Positions 1-8,748 of a stretch of DNA of 64,000 bases are shown one piece after another (the stretch's first letter is position 1; the number at the start of each line of letters is the position of its first letter). The notes below the pieces were generated by a model. It did no database searches. It saw nothing but the letters and a program-made list of their open reading frames with translations, and had not been told where the DNA came from. Position numbers and translations under genes: made by a program. Source of the stretch: Bacteroidota bacterium (GTDB lineage: Bacteria > Bacteroidota > Bacteroidia > Flavobacteriales > Flavobacteriaceae); contig JAZKDI010000003.1 in NCBI GenBank assembly GCA_040387655.1, positions 177,659-241,658 of the forward strand, given 5' to 3'.

Positions 1-1718
1 CACCAACGTAAAACATCTCCCCAAGCTTCATACTTTGGTAAAGCAACTTTTGGAATTTGAGAATGTGATAAACTTTCGGTATGGGTGGCAATTTTTATTT
101 CCTTATCCCTTACTTTAAAGGTATAAACTGGATTTTTATATTTATTTACTTTTTCATCCCAAGTTAAAATGATTTCCCAGTTGTAAGCATCTAAATCCAT
201 TTTTACTTTATCAAACTGACTTAGTAAAAGGTTGATAAATACTTTATTTTCAGCATCAGCGGTAACTGAATTTTCATCAATTCCAGTTTTCTTAATTACC
301 GGTACTTTACCCGAAACACTTTCTAATGTTTTGAAGATTCCAAATAATTTTTGTGCTACTTTTTGTTGGCTTAAAGCCGTAGCATCATATTTACGATTGT
401 TTTCTGCAATTTCTGATAAATATCGGGTTCTGTGTGGTGGAATTACAAAAATTTTCTCGCTCATTTCACGAGTGATTTTGAAAGTGGATTTCAAATCGCT
501 TTCCGTTTTTTCAACGATCTTATCCATAATCGCTTTGTAAAGCGTGTTCATTCCCGGATCGTTGAACTGAGAAGCAATCGTCCCAAAAACTGGCATTTGA
601 TCCGGATTCACATCCCAAAGATTATGATTGCGTTGGTATTGTTTTTTTACATCACGAATGGCATCCAATGCTCCTCTTTTATCAAATTTATTCAAAGCCA
701 CTAAATCGGCAAAGTCCAACATATCGATTTTTTCCAATTGGGTTGCAGCTCCAAATTCAGGTGTCATTACATATAAAGAAACATCGGAATGGTCCATAAT
801 TTCTGTATCTGATTGACCAATTCCCGAAGTTTCAAGGATAATCAAATCATAATTTGCTGCTTTGATAACCTGAATAGCATCAGCAACATATTTTGACAAA
901 GCTAAATTTGACTGACGCGTTGCCAATGAGCGCATATACACTCTTGGATTATTTATAGCATTCATACGGATTCTATCTCCAAGAAGCGCTCCCCCAGTTT
1001 TACGTTTCGATGGATCCACAGAAATTAATCCGATAGTTTTTTCAGGAAAATCAATTAAAAAACGGCGAACCAATTCATCTACTAAAGATGATTTTCCAGA
1101 CCCACCCGTTCCAGTAATTCCCAAAACCGGGATTTTGGAGGTTTCATTTTTTTTACGAATTTCTGTAAAAGCAGTTTTTGCCGTTTCAGGGAAATTTTCT
1201 GCTGCCGAGATCAAACGAGCAATAGCAGTAGGGTTTTTTTCGTCTAAATGATTGATTTCACCATTCAGTTTATCTCCAACAGGAAAATCCGAACGTTGAA
1301 CCAAATCATTAATCATCCCTTGTAAACCCATGGCGCGACCATCATCTGGAGCATAAATCCTTGTGATTCCGTAATCCTGTAGTTCGGCAATTTCCGAAGG
1401 TAAAATCACACCTCCGCCTCCACCAAAAATCTTGATATGACCTGCTCCTTTTTCTTTGAGCAAATCATACATATATTTAAAATACTCATTATGTCCACCT
1501 TGATAAGATGTCATTGCAATTGCATTAGCATCTTCTTGAATAGCAGTATTTACAACCTCTTCCACACTTCTGTCATGTCCCAAATGAATCACCTCAACTC
1601 CTGTTGACTGGATGATCCTCCGCATAATATTAATTGCCGCATCATGCCCATCAAAAAGTGATGCTGCAGTTACAATTCTTACTTTATTTACAGGAATATA
1701 AGGGATTTGCGCTTCCAT
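1..1718 (-). CDS. icmF: Fused B12-binding domain / MeaB-type GTPase / acyl-CoA mutase (IcmF-like methylmalonyl-CoA mutase family), 5' part only
   Basis: Absent from the ORF track because it runs off the left edge. Manual translation from the ATG at 1718 gives [36 protein letters not shown] (DxHxxG-type B12 motif) followed by a P-loop [12 protein letters not shown] and a DRIRMN MeaB motif. Confidence 0.85.
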   Translation of the reverse strand, partial: MEAQIPYIPVNKVRIVTAASLFDGHDAAINIMRRIIQSTGVEVIHLGHDRSVEEVVNTAIQEDANAIAMTSYQGGHNEYFKYMYDLLKEKGAGHIKIFGGGGGVILPSEIAELQDYGITRIYAPDDGRAMGLQGMINDLVQRSDFPVGDKLNGEINHLDEKNPTAIARLISAAENFPETAKTAFTEIRKKNETSKIPVLGITGTGGSGKSSLVDELVRRFLIDFPEKTIGLISVDPSKRKTGGALLGDRIRMNAINNPRVYMRSLATRQSNLALSKYVADAIQVIKAANYDLIILETSGIGQSDTEIMDHSDVSLYVMTPEFGAATQLEKIDMLDFADLVALNKFDKRGALDAIRDVKKQYQRNHNLWDVNPDQMPVFGTIASQFNDPGMNTLYKAIMDKIVEKTESDLKSTFKITREMSEKIFVIPPHRTRYLSEIAENNRKYDATALSQQKVAQKLFGIFKTLESVSGKVPVIKKTGIDENSVTADAENKVFINLLLSQFDKVKMDLDAYNWEIILTWDEKVNKYKNPVYTFKVRDKEIKIATHTESLSHSQIPKVALPKYEAWGDVLRW

Positions 1719-1873
1719 AGTTTAATATGATATTAATTTTAGGGACGCAATTTACGAAATTCCTAAAAATTAGAGGTTTTAAAATTTTATTTTTATAAAA
1801 AAATAGCTTTTTAGAGATAGTTAATGATTTATATTTATTGTTTTAAGGGTTTTTTTAATGGTATGCTATTTGT

Positions 1874-1881
1874 TATCTTTG
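1874..1881 (+). promoter_or_regulatory. Bacteroidota -7 promoter box TATCTTTG
   Basis: Matches TAnnTTTG 15 nt before the ATG at 1897, which favours 1897 over 1858 as the start. Confidence 0.6.
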
Positions 1882-1896
1882 AGAAAAATAAATTTT

Positions 1897-2619
1897 ATGA
1901 AAAAGATACTCTTCCTATTATTACTAGTTCCTATGATTAGTAATGCTCAATTAAAAGGTTTAATAAAAAAAGCAGGGGACAAAGCGGCAGCATTAGCAAC
2001 CCCAAATTCGGGTTTGGATATTGGTGCTGGTTTAAAAGAAGCGTTAAACAAAGGTGTTACTGAGCAAGTTTCGAAATTAACTGCAGAAGATGGTTTTTAT
2101 AAAAATGAAACTGTAAAAATCCTAATGCCGGATGAATTGCAAAAAGTTGATAAGGCATTACGCAAAGCTGGAATGGCAAATCTTGCCGATGACGGAATTA
2201 AAGCTCTTAACCGCGCTGCGGAAGATGCAGTTAAAGAAGCTACTCCAATTTTTGTTTCAGCTATAAAAAACATGAGTATAACCGATGCAAAAAGCATTTT
2301 AATGGGTAATGAAAATGCAGCTACAGTTTATTTACAATCTGAAACCACTACTCCTCTTTACGCAAAATTCAATCCTATAGTTAAACAATCCATAGGAAAA
2401 GTAGGAGCTGATGTAATTTGGGCATCAATTATTAAAAAATACAACAGTATCCCATTAGTATCAAAAATAAATCCTGACATTACTGATTATGTTACCAATA
2501 AAGCACTGGAAGGTGTTTTTAAAATGATTACCGTTGAAGAAAAAAATATCAGAACCAATATTAATTCAAGAACATCGGATGTTTTGAGAAAAATATTTGC
2601 GATGCAGGATAAGAAGTAG
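1897..2619 (+). CDS. DUF4197 family secreted protein (copy 1, SPI signal)
   Basis: Signal peptide MKKILFLLLLVPMISNA; GLKEAL, NRAAEDA and EEKNIRTN motifs; clear paralog of the next gene. Confidence 0.8.
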   Translation: MKKILFLLLLVPMISNAQLKGLIKKAGDKAAALATPNSGLDIGAGLKEALNKGVTEQVSKLTAEDGFYKNETVKILMPDELQKVDKALRKAGMANLADDGIKALNRAAEDAVKEATPIFVSAIKNMSITDAKSILMGNENAATVYLQSETTTPLYAKFNPIVKQSIGKVGADVIWASIIKKYNSIPLVSKINPDITDYVTNKALEGVFKMITVEEKNIRTNINSRTSDVLRKIFAMQDKK

Positions 2620-2623
2620 TTAG

Positions 2624-2651
2624 CAGTAATTAGTTTTCAGTATTCAGTCTT
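2624..2651 (+). repeat. Degenerate 7-bp tandem array after stop codon
   Basis: CAGTAAT TAGTTTT CAGTATT CAGTCTT. Confidence 0.6.
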
Positions 2652-2664
2652 AAATTAAATACCT

Positions 2665-3372
2665 ATGAAAAAAATAGTAGCATTATCATCATTATTCCTG
2701 CTTTTTGGCTGTGCCGAATTACAGCAAATTGCCAGTCAATATCCAGAACTTGGCGCATTGGGTAACCAAGATATCGCCATGGGTCTTAAAGAAGCCCTTA
2801 ACAACGGAATATCTAAACAGGTAACAAAATTAACCGCCACCGATGGTTTCTATAAAAACCAATTGGTAAAAATTTTGCTTCCGCCAGAATTACAAAAAGT
2901 AGATAAAACTTTAAGGGATATTGGTTTGAGCAGTCTTGCCGATGAAGGACTAAAAGTACTTAACCGTGCAGCGGAAGATGGAGTAAAAGAAGCTACTCCA
3001 ATATTTGTCGATGCGGTAAGAAACATGACTTTTAATGATGCCCGAACTATTTTAATGGGCAGTGAGGATTCGGCTACGAGTTATTTGCAGAATTCAACCT
3101 CAACAGCTTTATACAGTAAATTTAGTCCCGTTGTTCAAAATTCTTTAGGAAAAGTAGGCGCTGACAAAGTCTGGGCAAATATTATAACCAAATACAATTC
3201 GATTCCGCTTGTAAAAAAAGTAAACCCTGATTTAAAGGATTATGTTACTCAAGAAGCAATGAAAGGTGTTTTTAAAATGGTTGCTATTGAAGAAAAAAAC
3301 ATTAGAACTAATTTGAACTCAAGAACATCGGATTTATTAAAGAGAGTTTTTGCTATGCAGGACAAGAAGTAG
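2665..3372 (+). CDS. DUF4197 family lipoprotein (copy 2)
   Basis: Lipobox LLFGC; same motifs as copy 1 and identical C-terminus FAMQDKK. Confidence 0.8.
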   Translation: MKKIVALSSLFLLFGCAELQQIASQYPELGALGNQDIAMGLKEALNNGISKQVTKLTATDGFYKNQLVKILLPPELQKVDKTLRDIGLSSLADEGLKVLNRAAEDGVKEATPIFVDAVRNMTFNDARTILMGSEDSATSYLQNSTSTALYSKFSPVVQNSLGKVGADKVWANIITKYNSIPLVKKVNPDLKDYVTQEAMKGVFKMVAIEEKNIRTNLNSRTSDLLKRVFAMQDKK

Positions 3373-3510
3373 TGTTTAGTTGAGTGCATTTAAATAATAG
3401 CAATTCAATAACATTCATATAATATAGAATTTACAAGAATTTCGATGTTTAACCAGATATTTGCCTTATAATAAATTAGAGGTTTTCGTTGGGTTAGTTA
3501 GTTAAGAAAG

Positions 3511-3541
3511 ACCAGTGTTTTAGGATGCTGGTTTTTTTTTA
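3511..3541 (+). terminator. Intrinsic terminator
   Basis: Stem ACCAGTGTT/GATGCTGGT followed by a T run; the G-U pairs work only on the + strand. Confidence 0.65.
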
Positions 3542-3548
3542 TTTAAAT

Positions 3549-4946
3549 TTAAAGTGAATTGATAAAATCCAATAATTCATTTCTCTTATCGGTTGCCAAT
3601 TGCTTGAATTTAACTTTAGCATTTTCTGCTTCCCCGCCATGCCATAAAATAGCTTCGGTAACATTCTTTGCCCTACCATCGTGTAATAAATTAGTGTGGT
3701 TGTTGACCGTCTGAATCAATCCAATTCCCCACAAAGGCGGTGTTCTCCATTCGTTACCAGTCGCTAAATAATCCGGTGCATTATCGGCTAAATTTATCCC
3801 CATATCGTGGAGCAATAAATCGGTGTAAGGTCTAATTGTTTGGTTTCTTAAAGCCGTAATTGAGTGTGTGTTTCCTGTTTGTATTTTTGGGATATGACAA
3901 GCGGTACATCCTATGATTTCAAAAGTTTTTTTCCCTTTCAAAACATTTTGTTTGTTATAATTTCTTCGTGCCGGAACTGATAAAGTACTGGAATACAAGA
4001 CTACTTTATTCAAATTTGAATCGGATATTTCTGGTGAACCCCCATTTGAAATCAAATTACAATCTACACCTGGTGGACAATTTTCATTAGGAAACAAACT
4101 AGTGGTAATTCCCATATCGCCTAAAAAAGCTCCTGCAACCTGTTGCTTGATATTGGGTTGATTTGCTTTCCATCCAAAACGACCTAGTTTTTGAGTATTG
4201 GAAACAACATCATAAACATAATTTGGTTTACCCGAAATACCGTCCCCATTTGCATCATTTACATCGGCGAATGCCAGAATAATATCTTCGGAAATGGCTT
4301 CCAATAATCCAAGTCCAATCATTTGATTTGCAACTCGAGGAGAAACCTGTAAATTGGCTGCCATAGCGCCATAACCTAAAGTATTGAATTGGTAAATTGG
4401 TTTTTTTAATAGTACTTCCGTTCCATCTGCTAAAGTTTCTGTCATGGATTCAAAAGTAATGTTGAATTTTCCTTTTATGGTTTGGCCTAAAATAGCATTG
4501 TCCTGCAATTGACCTCCATAACTTGGATCTGCAAAAGAACTTCCATTAGAATTAGTTCCCGGAATGCTTAATCTTAAAAGCAATCCATGAGCCGTTTCTC
4601 CATCAAATAAAGGAGTCCTTCCACGGCCATCCTTAAAGTGACAACTGGAACAGGAATTGGCATTAAAAAAAGGACCTAAACCATCCCTTGCTGTGGTTGA
4701 TGCGGGAGCAGTAACCCAACTTTGCCTAAAAAAAGAATTTCCTATTCCGAAATCAGATTTTTCATCTGAAGTTAGATTGTGTGAAAAAAAACCAAAAGCC
4801 TCTTCAGTTTCATTAAACACGGTTGCATCGCCTCCCGAATATTGTTCACCCTCTTCGGCAGTCAATAAAACATATTCATCATCATTCCCACAACTAAAAA
4901 ATTGTGTGACAATCAATAAAATAAATACTAAATGAGTTCTTCTCAT
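3549..4946 (-). CDS. Di-heme oxidoreductase family lipoprotein (DUF1111 / thiol oxidoreductase-like)
   Basis: Two CxxCH motifs (CSSCH, CTACH), YTDLLLHDMG, WRTPPLWGIG and LLHDGRA motifs, lipobox FFSC. ATG at 4946 preferred over TTG at 4955. Confidence 0.85.
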   Translation of the reverse strand: MRRTHLVFILLIVTQFFSCGNDDEYVLLTAEEGEQYSGGDATVFNETEEAFGFFSHNLTSDEKSDFGIGNSFFRQSWVTAPASTTARDGLGPFFNANSCSSCHFKDGRGRTPLFDGETAHGLLLRLSIPGTNSNGSSFADPSYGGQLQDNAILGQTIKGKFNITFESMTETLADGTEVLLKKPIYQFNTLGYGAMAANLQVSPRVANQMIGLGLLEAISEDIILAFADVNDANGDGISGKPNYVYDVVSNTQKLGRFGWKANQPNIKQQVAGAFLGDMGITTSLFPNENCPPGVDCNLISNGGSPEISDSNLNKVVLYSSTLSVPARRNYNKQNVLKGKKTFEIIGCTACHIPKIQTGNTHSITALRNQTIRPYTDLLLHDMGINLADNAPDYLATGNEWRTPPLWGIGLIQTVNNHTNLLHDGRAKNVTEAILWHGGEAENAKVKFKQLATDKRNELLDFINSL

Positions 4947-4952
4947 ACTTTG

Positions 4953-4960
4953 CAAAAATA
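4953..4960 (-). promoter_or_regulatory. -7 box TATTTTTG for the di-heme gene
   Basis: CAAAAATA on +, ending 6 nt before the ATG. Confidence 0.5.
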
Positions 4961-4961
4961 G

Positions 4962-4993
4962 AAAAAGTGTCCATTAAAAATGAACACTTTTTT
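4962..4993 (-). terminator. Intrinsic terminator after imelysin 1
   Basis: AAAAAGTGTTCATT-TTT-AATGGACACTTTTT on the minus strand; the one G-U pair is valid only on minus. Confidence 0.7.
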
Positions 4994-5010
4994 AAATAAA
5001 AATATTCTTA

Positions 5011-6171
5011 TTATCCGTTAACCGTAATTCCGATTTTTGAAGCACCTGCTAATAAATTAGCACCAAAATCCTGTAATTGCAAAACTGCCGCTTTTACTTT
5101 TGCTCCTTCAGTTGAACTTGCCCCTCCTGAAATAGCCAAATCAAATGGAATCAAAATCGCAGCCACTTTAGCTAAAGAAGCGTTTAGGGAAACATCGGTA
5201 GAATCATACGCTTCTTCATTAGCTTGTTTTACTAAATCTTCTAATGATGCACCATCAATTGAACCATATTTTCCTTGATATACGTTAATAACCCCTTGTA
5301 GGTTTAAGGCAATATCTCGGTGTGTATTATCGCTAAAACAAGAATGTTCATCTTCCTGATCTGCATTACCCAATGCTACATCCATACGTTCAATAGGCAA
5401 TTCTGCAGATACCAAAGTAGTAATTCCCAAATAAATATTCTTAATCGCTACATTTGAAGCTAAACCTAGAAATGTAGTTCTATAAGCTCCACCCACTTTC
5501 CATTGGTTCACCATATAATCTAAATTATCTGTCAACAAATCGGCACAAGCTTTTAAATAGTCTTTTCTTCTTGTTTGATTTGAGGCAGTTCCTCCAGTCA
5601 CATAATCAGTATATGGTCTTAAACCAGATTGATTTGCAGATGGCGCTGTTAAATCCTGACCCCAAAGTAAAAATTCTATGGCGTGATAACCAACGCTGAT
5701 GTTTTTTTCCCCTCCCGATTCATTCAATCCTTCTAAAATTGATTTATTGATTACTGGAAACAATCCTACATTATTTATTATCCCTGCCGTTGTGTTTCCC
5801 TGTACATAATCTACATAATTTTCATCTAAAGGCCAAGCATTCATCAATCCTTCAGGGCCATTTTCATCGTCTATAGGTCCATTCGCAAAACGAAAAGCTT
5901 CAGTTGTACCATAACTTTCCCTGGACTGTTTCCATTTGGCTTTAGCAGTATCAAAATTAGCTTGTGTAGGCGTTGTTGTAAAAGTAGTTATTGCAGTTTC
6001 CAATTCGACTGCATCATCATAAGCTTGCTTGTAATTGGCGTAAGCAATAGCTGCATAGTTTTCTATTACTTGCCTTTTCGTTACATCATTATTGGATTCC
6101 TCTTTATTGCAGGACACAATAAAAAAAGTCAAACCAAAAATAATTATTGACCCAAGAAATATTTTTTTCAT
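5011..6171 (-). CDS. Imelysin family lipoprotein (IrpA/IcmP-like)
   Basis: Lipobox IVSC, NAWPLDE, GYHAIEFLLWG (GxHxxE), DEHSCFSDNT. Confidence 0.85.
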   Translation of the reverse strand: MKKIFLGSIIIFGLTFFIVSCNKEESNNDVTKRQVIENYAAIAYANYKQAYDDAVELETAITTFTTTPTQANFDTAKAKWKQSRESYGTTEAFRFANGPIDDENGPEGLMNAWPLDENYVDYVQGNTTAGIINNVGLFPVINKSILEGLNESGGEKNISVGYHAIEFLLWGQDLTAPSANQSGLRPYTDYVTGGTASNQTRRKDYLKACADLLTDNLDYMVNQWKVGGAYRTTFLGLASNVAIKNIYLGITTLVSAELPIERMDVALGNADQEDEHSCFSDNTHRDIALNLQGVINVYQGKYGSIDGASLEDLVKQANEEAYDSTDVSLNASLAKVAAILIPFDLAISGGASSTEGAKVKAAVLQLQDFGANLLAGASKIGITVNG

Positions 6172-6204
6172 AATTCCCTATTATTAAAACAGTTATTTTT
6201 TTGG

Positions 6205-6212
6205 CAAAAATA
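6205..6212 (-). promoter_or_regulatory. -7 box TATTTTTG, leftward promoter
   Basis: CAAAAATA on +; a TTG lies 18 nt upstream (6231-6233). Confidence 0.6.
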
Positions 6213-6236
6213 CATACTTTTTAAAATAATCAATCC

Positions 6237-6259
6237 TTATTTAGAATAATTTAAAATAA
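6237..6259. promoter_or_regulatory. Fur-box-like imperfect palindrome 1
   Basis: TTATTTAGAATAATTTAAAATAA, a variant of TTATTTAGAATnATTCTAAATAA. Confidence 0.65.
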
Positions 6260-6283
6260 ATTTTTTTATTCCAAAATTGATTT

Positions 6284-6291
6284 TATATTTG
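6284..6291 (+). promoter_or_regulatory. -7 box TATATTTG, rightward promoter
   Basis: Exact TAnnTTTG 38 nt before the ATG at 6330. Confidence 0.65.
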
Positions 6292-6299
6292 CACCATAA

Positions 6300-6322
6300 T
6301 TATTCTTAATCATTCTAAATAA
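6300..6322. promoter_or_regulatory. Fur-box-like imperfect palindrome 2
   Basis: TTATTCTTAATCATTCTAAATAA (reverse complement TTATTTAGAATGATTAAGAATAA), lying between the -7 box and the ATG. Confidence 0.65.
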
Positions 6323-6329
6323 ACACAAA

Positions 6330-7556
6330 ATGAAATTTAAAAATTTATTACTTGCCGCATTACCAATTATAGCAATAACATTCACATCTTGTTCAGATGA
6401 TGATGCTTCGCCAGAAGTTTTTGACTACACAACGCCTGATACTTACAGTTTTGAAAGAGAAACAACTTCTACTGTAGATTTTTCTGCATCTACATCACGT
6501 TTATTGATGTTAGATCAAATGGGGAAATACATTTCTACCCAAGCAACTGCTTCTGCAATTGTAGATGACAATCGTTTATCTGCAATGTTCTCAAATACAG
6601 GTGCTGAAACATTTTTTACTGGAGCGGCTTTAGCGACTGGAATTCAATTGAAAGACAAAACAGCAGGATCAAAAGATTACTTCGTTACTTATTTAGGTGG
6701 AGGAACTTTAGCAGAACAAACTGCAGTTAGAGCTCTATTTGAAACTCAATTCGACAATGCAAAACTAGCAAGTTTAGGAACTGTTGCTGCTCCTGGAGTA
6801 GCTGGTAAATACAGTACAAACAGATTGTTTGCCGCGAATGGATTAGAGCCAGGACAAGTATTGGCAAAAGGAATGATGGGAGCTTGTTTGATGGATCAAA
6901 TCGTAAACAATTATTTAAGCAAAAGTATATTGGACCAAGGGTCAAACAAAGCAGACAATACTAATGGCGTTTTGGTTTCTGGAAAATCATATACTGCTAT
7001 GGAACATGCTTGGGATGAAGCGTATGGTTTAATCTATGGAGCTGATGTTGCCGCTACAGGAAGTACAGCTGCATCTTATAAATTCTGGAGTTCTTATATC
7101 AACCAAGTAAATGCTGATGTTGATTTTAATACTTTAAGAGCAGATATTGATTTGGCTTTCCGTACCGGTAGAGCAGCAATCGTTGCGCATGATTATGCTG
7201 AGCGTGATAATCAAGCTAAAATCATTAAAGAAAAATTAGCAATTGTTCCTGCTGTAAGAGCTGTATTTTACATGAATGAAGGTAAATCTAAATTAACTAC
7301 AGATGGTGGAGCTGCTGCTTTTCACGGATTTTCAGAAGGATACGGTTTCATTATGTCATTACGTTACACTAACAAACCTGGAACTAACACCCCATACTTT
7401 ACAAAAGCAGAGGTTGATGCCATGTTAGCATCACTAATAAGTGGTCCAAATGGTTTATGGGATATTGACCATGTAGGGGCGAAATCTGATGCTATTGCTT
7501 TACAAATAGCTACAAGATTTGGCTTCACAGTTGAACAAGCTATCCTTGTTAACTAA
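6330..7556 (+). CDS. DUF4856-like lipoprotein
   Basis: Lipobox FTSC; MEHAWDEAYG and FHGFSEGYGF motifs; context of the imelysin/HTTM/TBDR cluster. Confidence 0.7.
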   Translation: MKFKNLLLAALPIIAITFTSCSDDDASPEVFDYTTPDTYSFERETTSTVDFSASTSRLLMLDQMGKYISTQATASAIVDDNRLSAMFSNTGAETFFTGAALATGIQLKDKTAGSKDYFVTYLGGGTLAEQTAVRALFETQFDNAKLASLGTVAAPGVAGKYSTNRLFAANGLEPGQVLAKGMMGACLMDQIVNNYLSKSILDQGSNKADNTNGVLVSGKSYTAMEHAWDEAYGLIYGADVAATGSTAASYKFWSSYINQVNADVDFNTLRADIDLAFRTGRAAIVAHDYAERDNQAKIIKEKLAIVPAVRAVFYMNEGKSKLTTDGGAAAFHGFSEGYGFIMSLRYTNKPGTNTPYFTKAEVDAMLASLISGPNGLWDIDHVGAKSDAIALQIATRFGFTVEQAILVN

Positions 7557-7608
7557 AAACAACATAAAATAAAAAGAAAGCAAGGGAAATATCTTCTCTT
7601 CCTTTTTG

Positions 7609-7616
7609 TACTTTTG
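7609..7616 (+). promoter_or_regulatory. Internal -7 box TACTTTTG
   Basis: 17 nt before the ATG at 7634. Confidence 0.5.
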
Positions 7617-7633
7617 CAAAAATTTTTAAGACA

Positions 7634-8746
7634 ATGAAAAAGATAATCTTATTAGGTTTGTTAGTTATTATTTCAGCTTGTTCTTCAAGCGGAAGCGGTT
7701 CTGAAGACAATGGCGATAATTATGACAGAACTGTTCTCTTAACCAATTGGGCTGATAATATTATCGTTCCTAGCTATGAAAATTATCAAACAAAAATAGA
7801 TTTATTGATAGCTAGTACCAGCACCTTTACAACTGCACCAACCGCTATTAATCTTCAAACATTAAGGGCTTCGTGGTTAGATGCATACAAAGCATTTCAA
7901 TATACAACAATGTATAATTTCGGAAAAGCAGAAGAAGTTTATTATAATGAAACTTCCAATACTTACCCAACAAATACAACAGGAATTGAAACCAATATCA
8001 GTTCTGGAACTTACAACCTTACTTTGATATCCCAATTTGACAAGCAAGGTTTCCCAGCTTTGGATTATCTTATAAACGGACTTGGAACAACAGATTCTGC
8101 TATAGTTAGTTTTTACACAACTAATCCCAATGCCTTGAAATACAAAGATTATTTAACCGCTGTTACAACAAGATTGAAATCGACTATTGATTTGGTTGTA
8201 ACCGATTGGAACACTAGTTTTAGGGATACTTACATTGCTAATAACGGAAATACCGTTAGCAGTTCAGTAAACAAGACAACCAATAATTTTGTAAAGAACC
8301 TTGAAAAAACGGTACGTACAGGAAAAATAGGAATCCCTGCTGGAGTGTTTTCTGCAGGAACAAAATATCCAGAAAAAGTAGAAGCTTTTTATAAAAACGA
8401 TGCTTCAAAAATATTACTCGACGAATCAATAAGAGCTGTTCAGGATTTTTTTAACGGAAAGCATTTTGGAACTTCAACAACAGGAGCAAGCTTAAAAGGA
8501 TATTTGGATTTTTTAAATACCGTTAGGGATGGTGAAAAATTAAGTGACATTATCAATACGCAATTCAATACTATTTACATCACAAATAATGTATTGTCAA
8601 CTAGTTTTTCACAACAGATAAACACTGATAATACCAAGATGATTAATTCATACGATGCTTTACAGCAAAATGTAATCTATACTAAACTTGACATGATGCA
8701 GGCTTTAAACATAACAATAGATTATGTTGATGGCGATGGCGATTAA
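7634..8746 (+). CDS. Imelysin family lipoprotein 2 (lacks HxxE)
   Basis: Lipobox ISAC, NTYPTN, GFPALDYL, acidic C-terminus DYVDGDGD. Confidence 0.8.
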   Translation: MKKIILLGLLVIISACSSSGSGSEDNGDNYDRTVLLTNWADNIIVPSYENYQTKIDLLIASTSTFTTAPTAINLQTLRASWLDAYKAFQYTTMYNFGKAEEVYYNETSNTYPTNTTGIETNISSGTYNLTLISQFDKQGFPALDYLINGLGTTDSAIVSFYTTNPNALKYKDYLTAVTTRLKSTIDLVVTDWNTSFRDTYIANNGNTVSSSVNKTTNNFVKNLEKTVRTGKIGIPAGVFSAGTKYPEKVEAFYKNDASKILLDESIRAVQDFFNGKHFGTSTTGASLKGYLDFLNTVRDGEKLSDIINTQFNTIYITNNVLSTSFSQQINTDNTKMINSYDALQQNVIYTKLDMMQALNITIDYVDGDGD

Positions 8747-8748
8747 TT

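Noticed and set aside
232-816. Short + strand ORFs, and similar 60-140 aa antisense ORFs throughout the track
   Set aside because: Shadows of longer, motif-supported genes on the opposite strand or in another frame.
1719-1896. Cobalamin riboswitch upstream of icmF (also sought near the BtuF-like gene)
   Set aside because: No B12-box-like sequence; the region is AT-rich with only promoter boxes.
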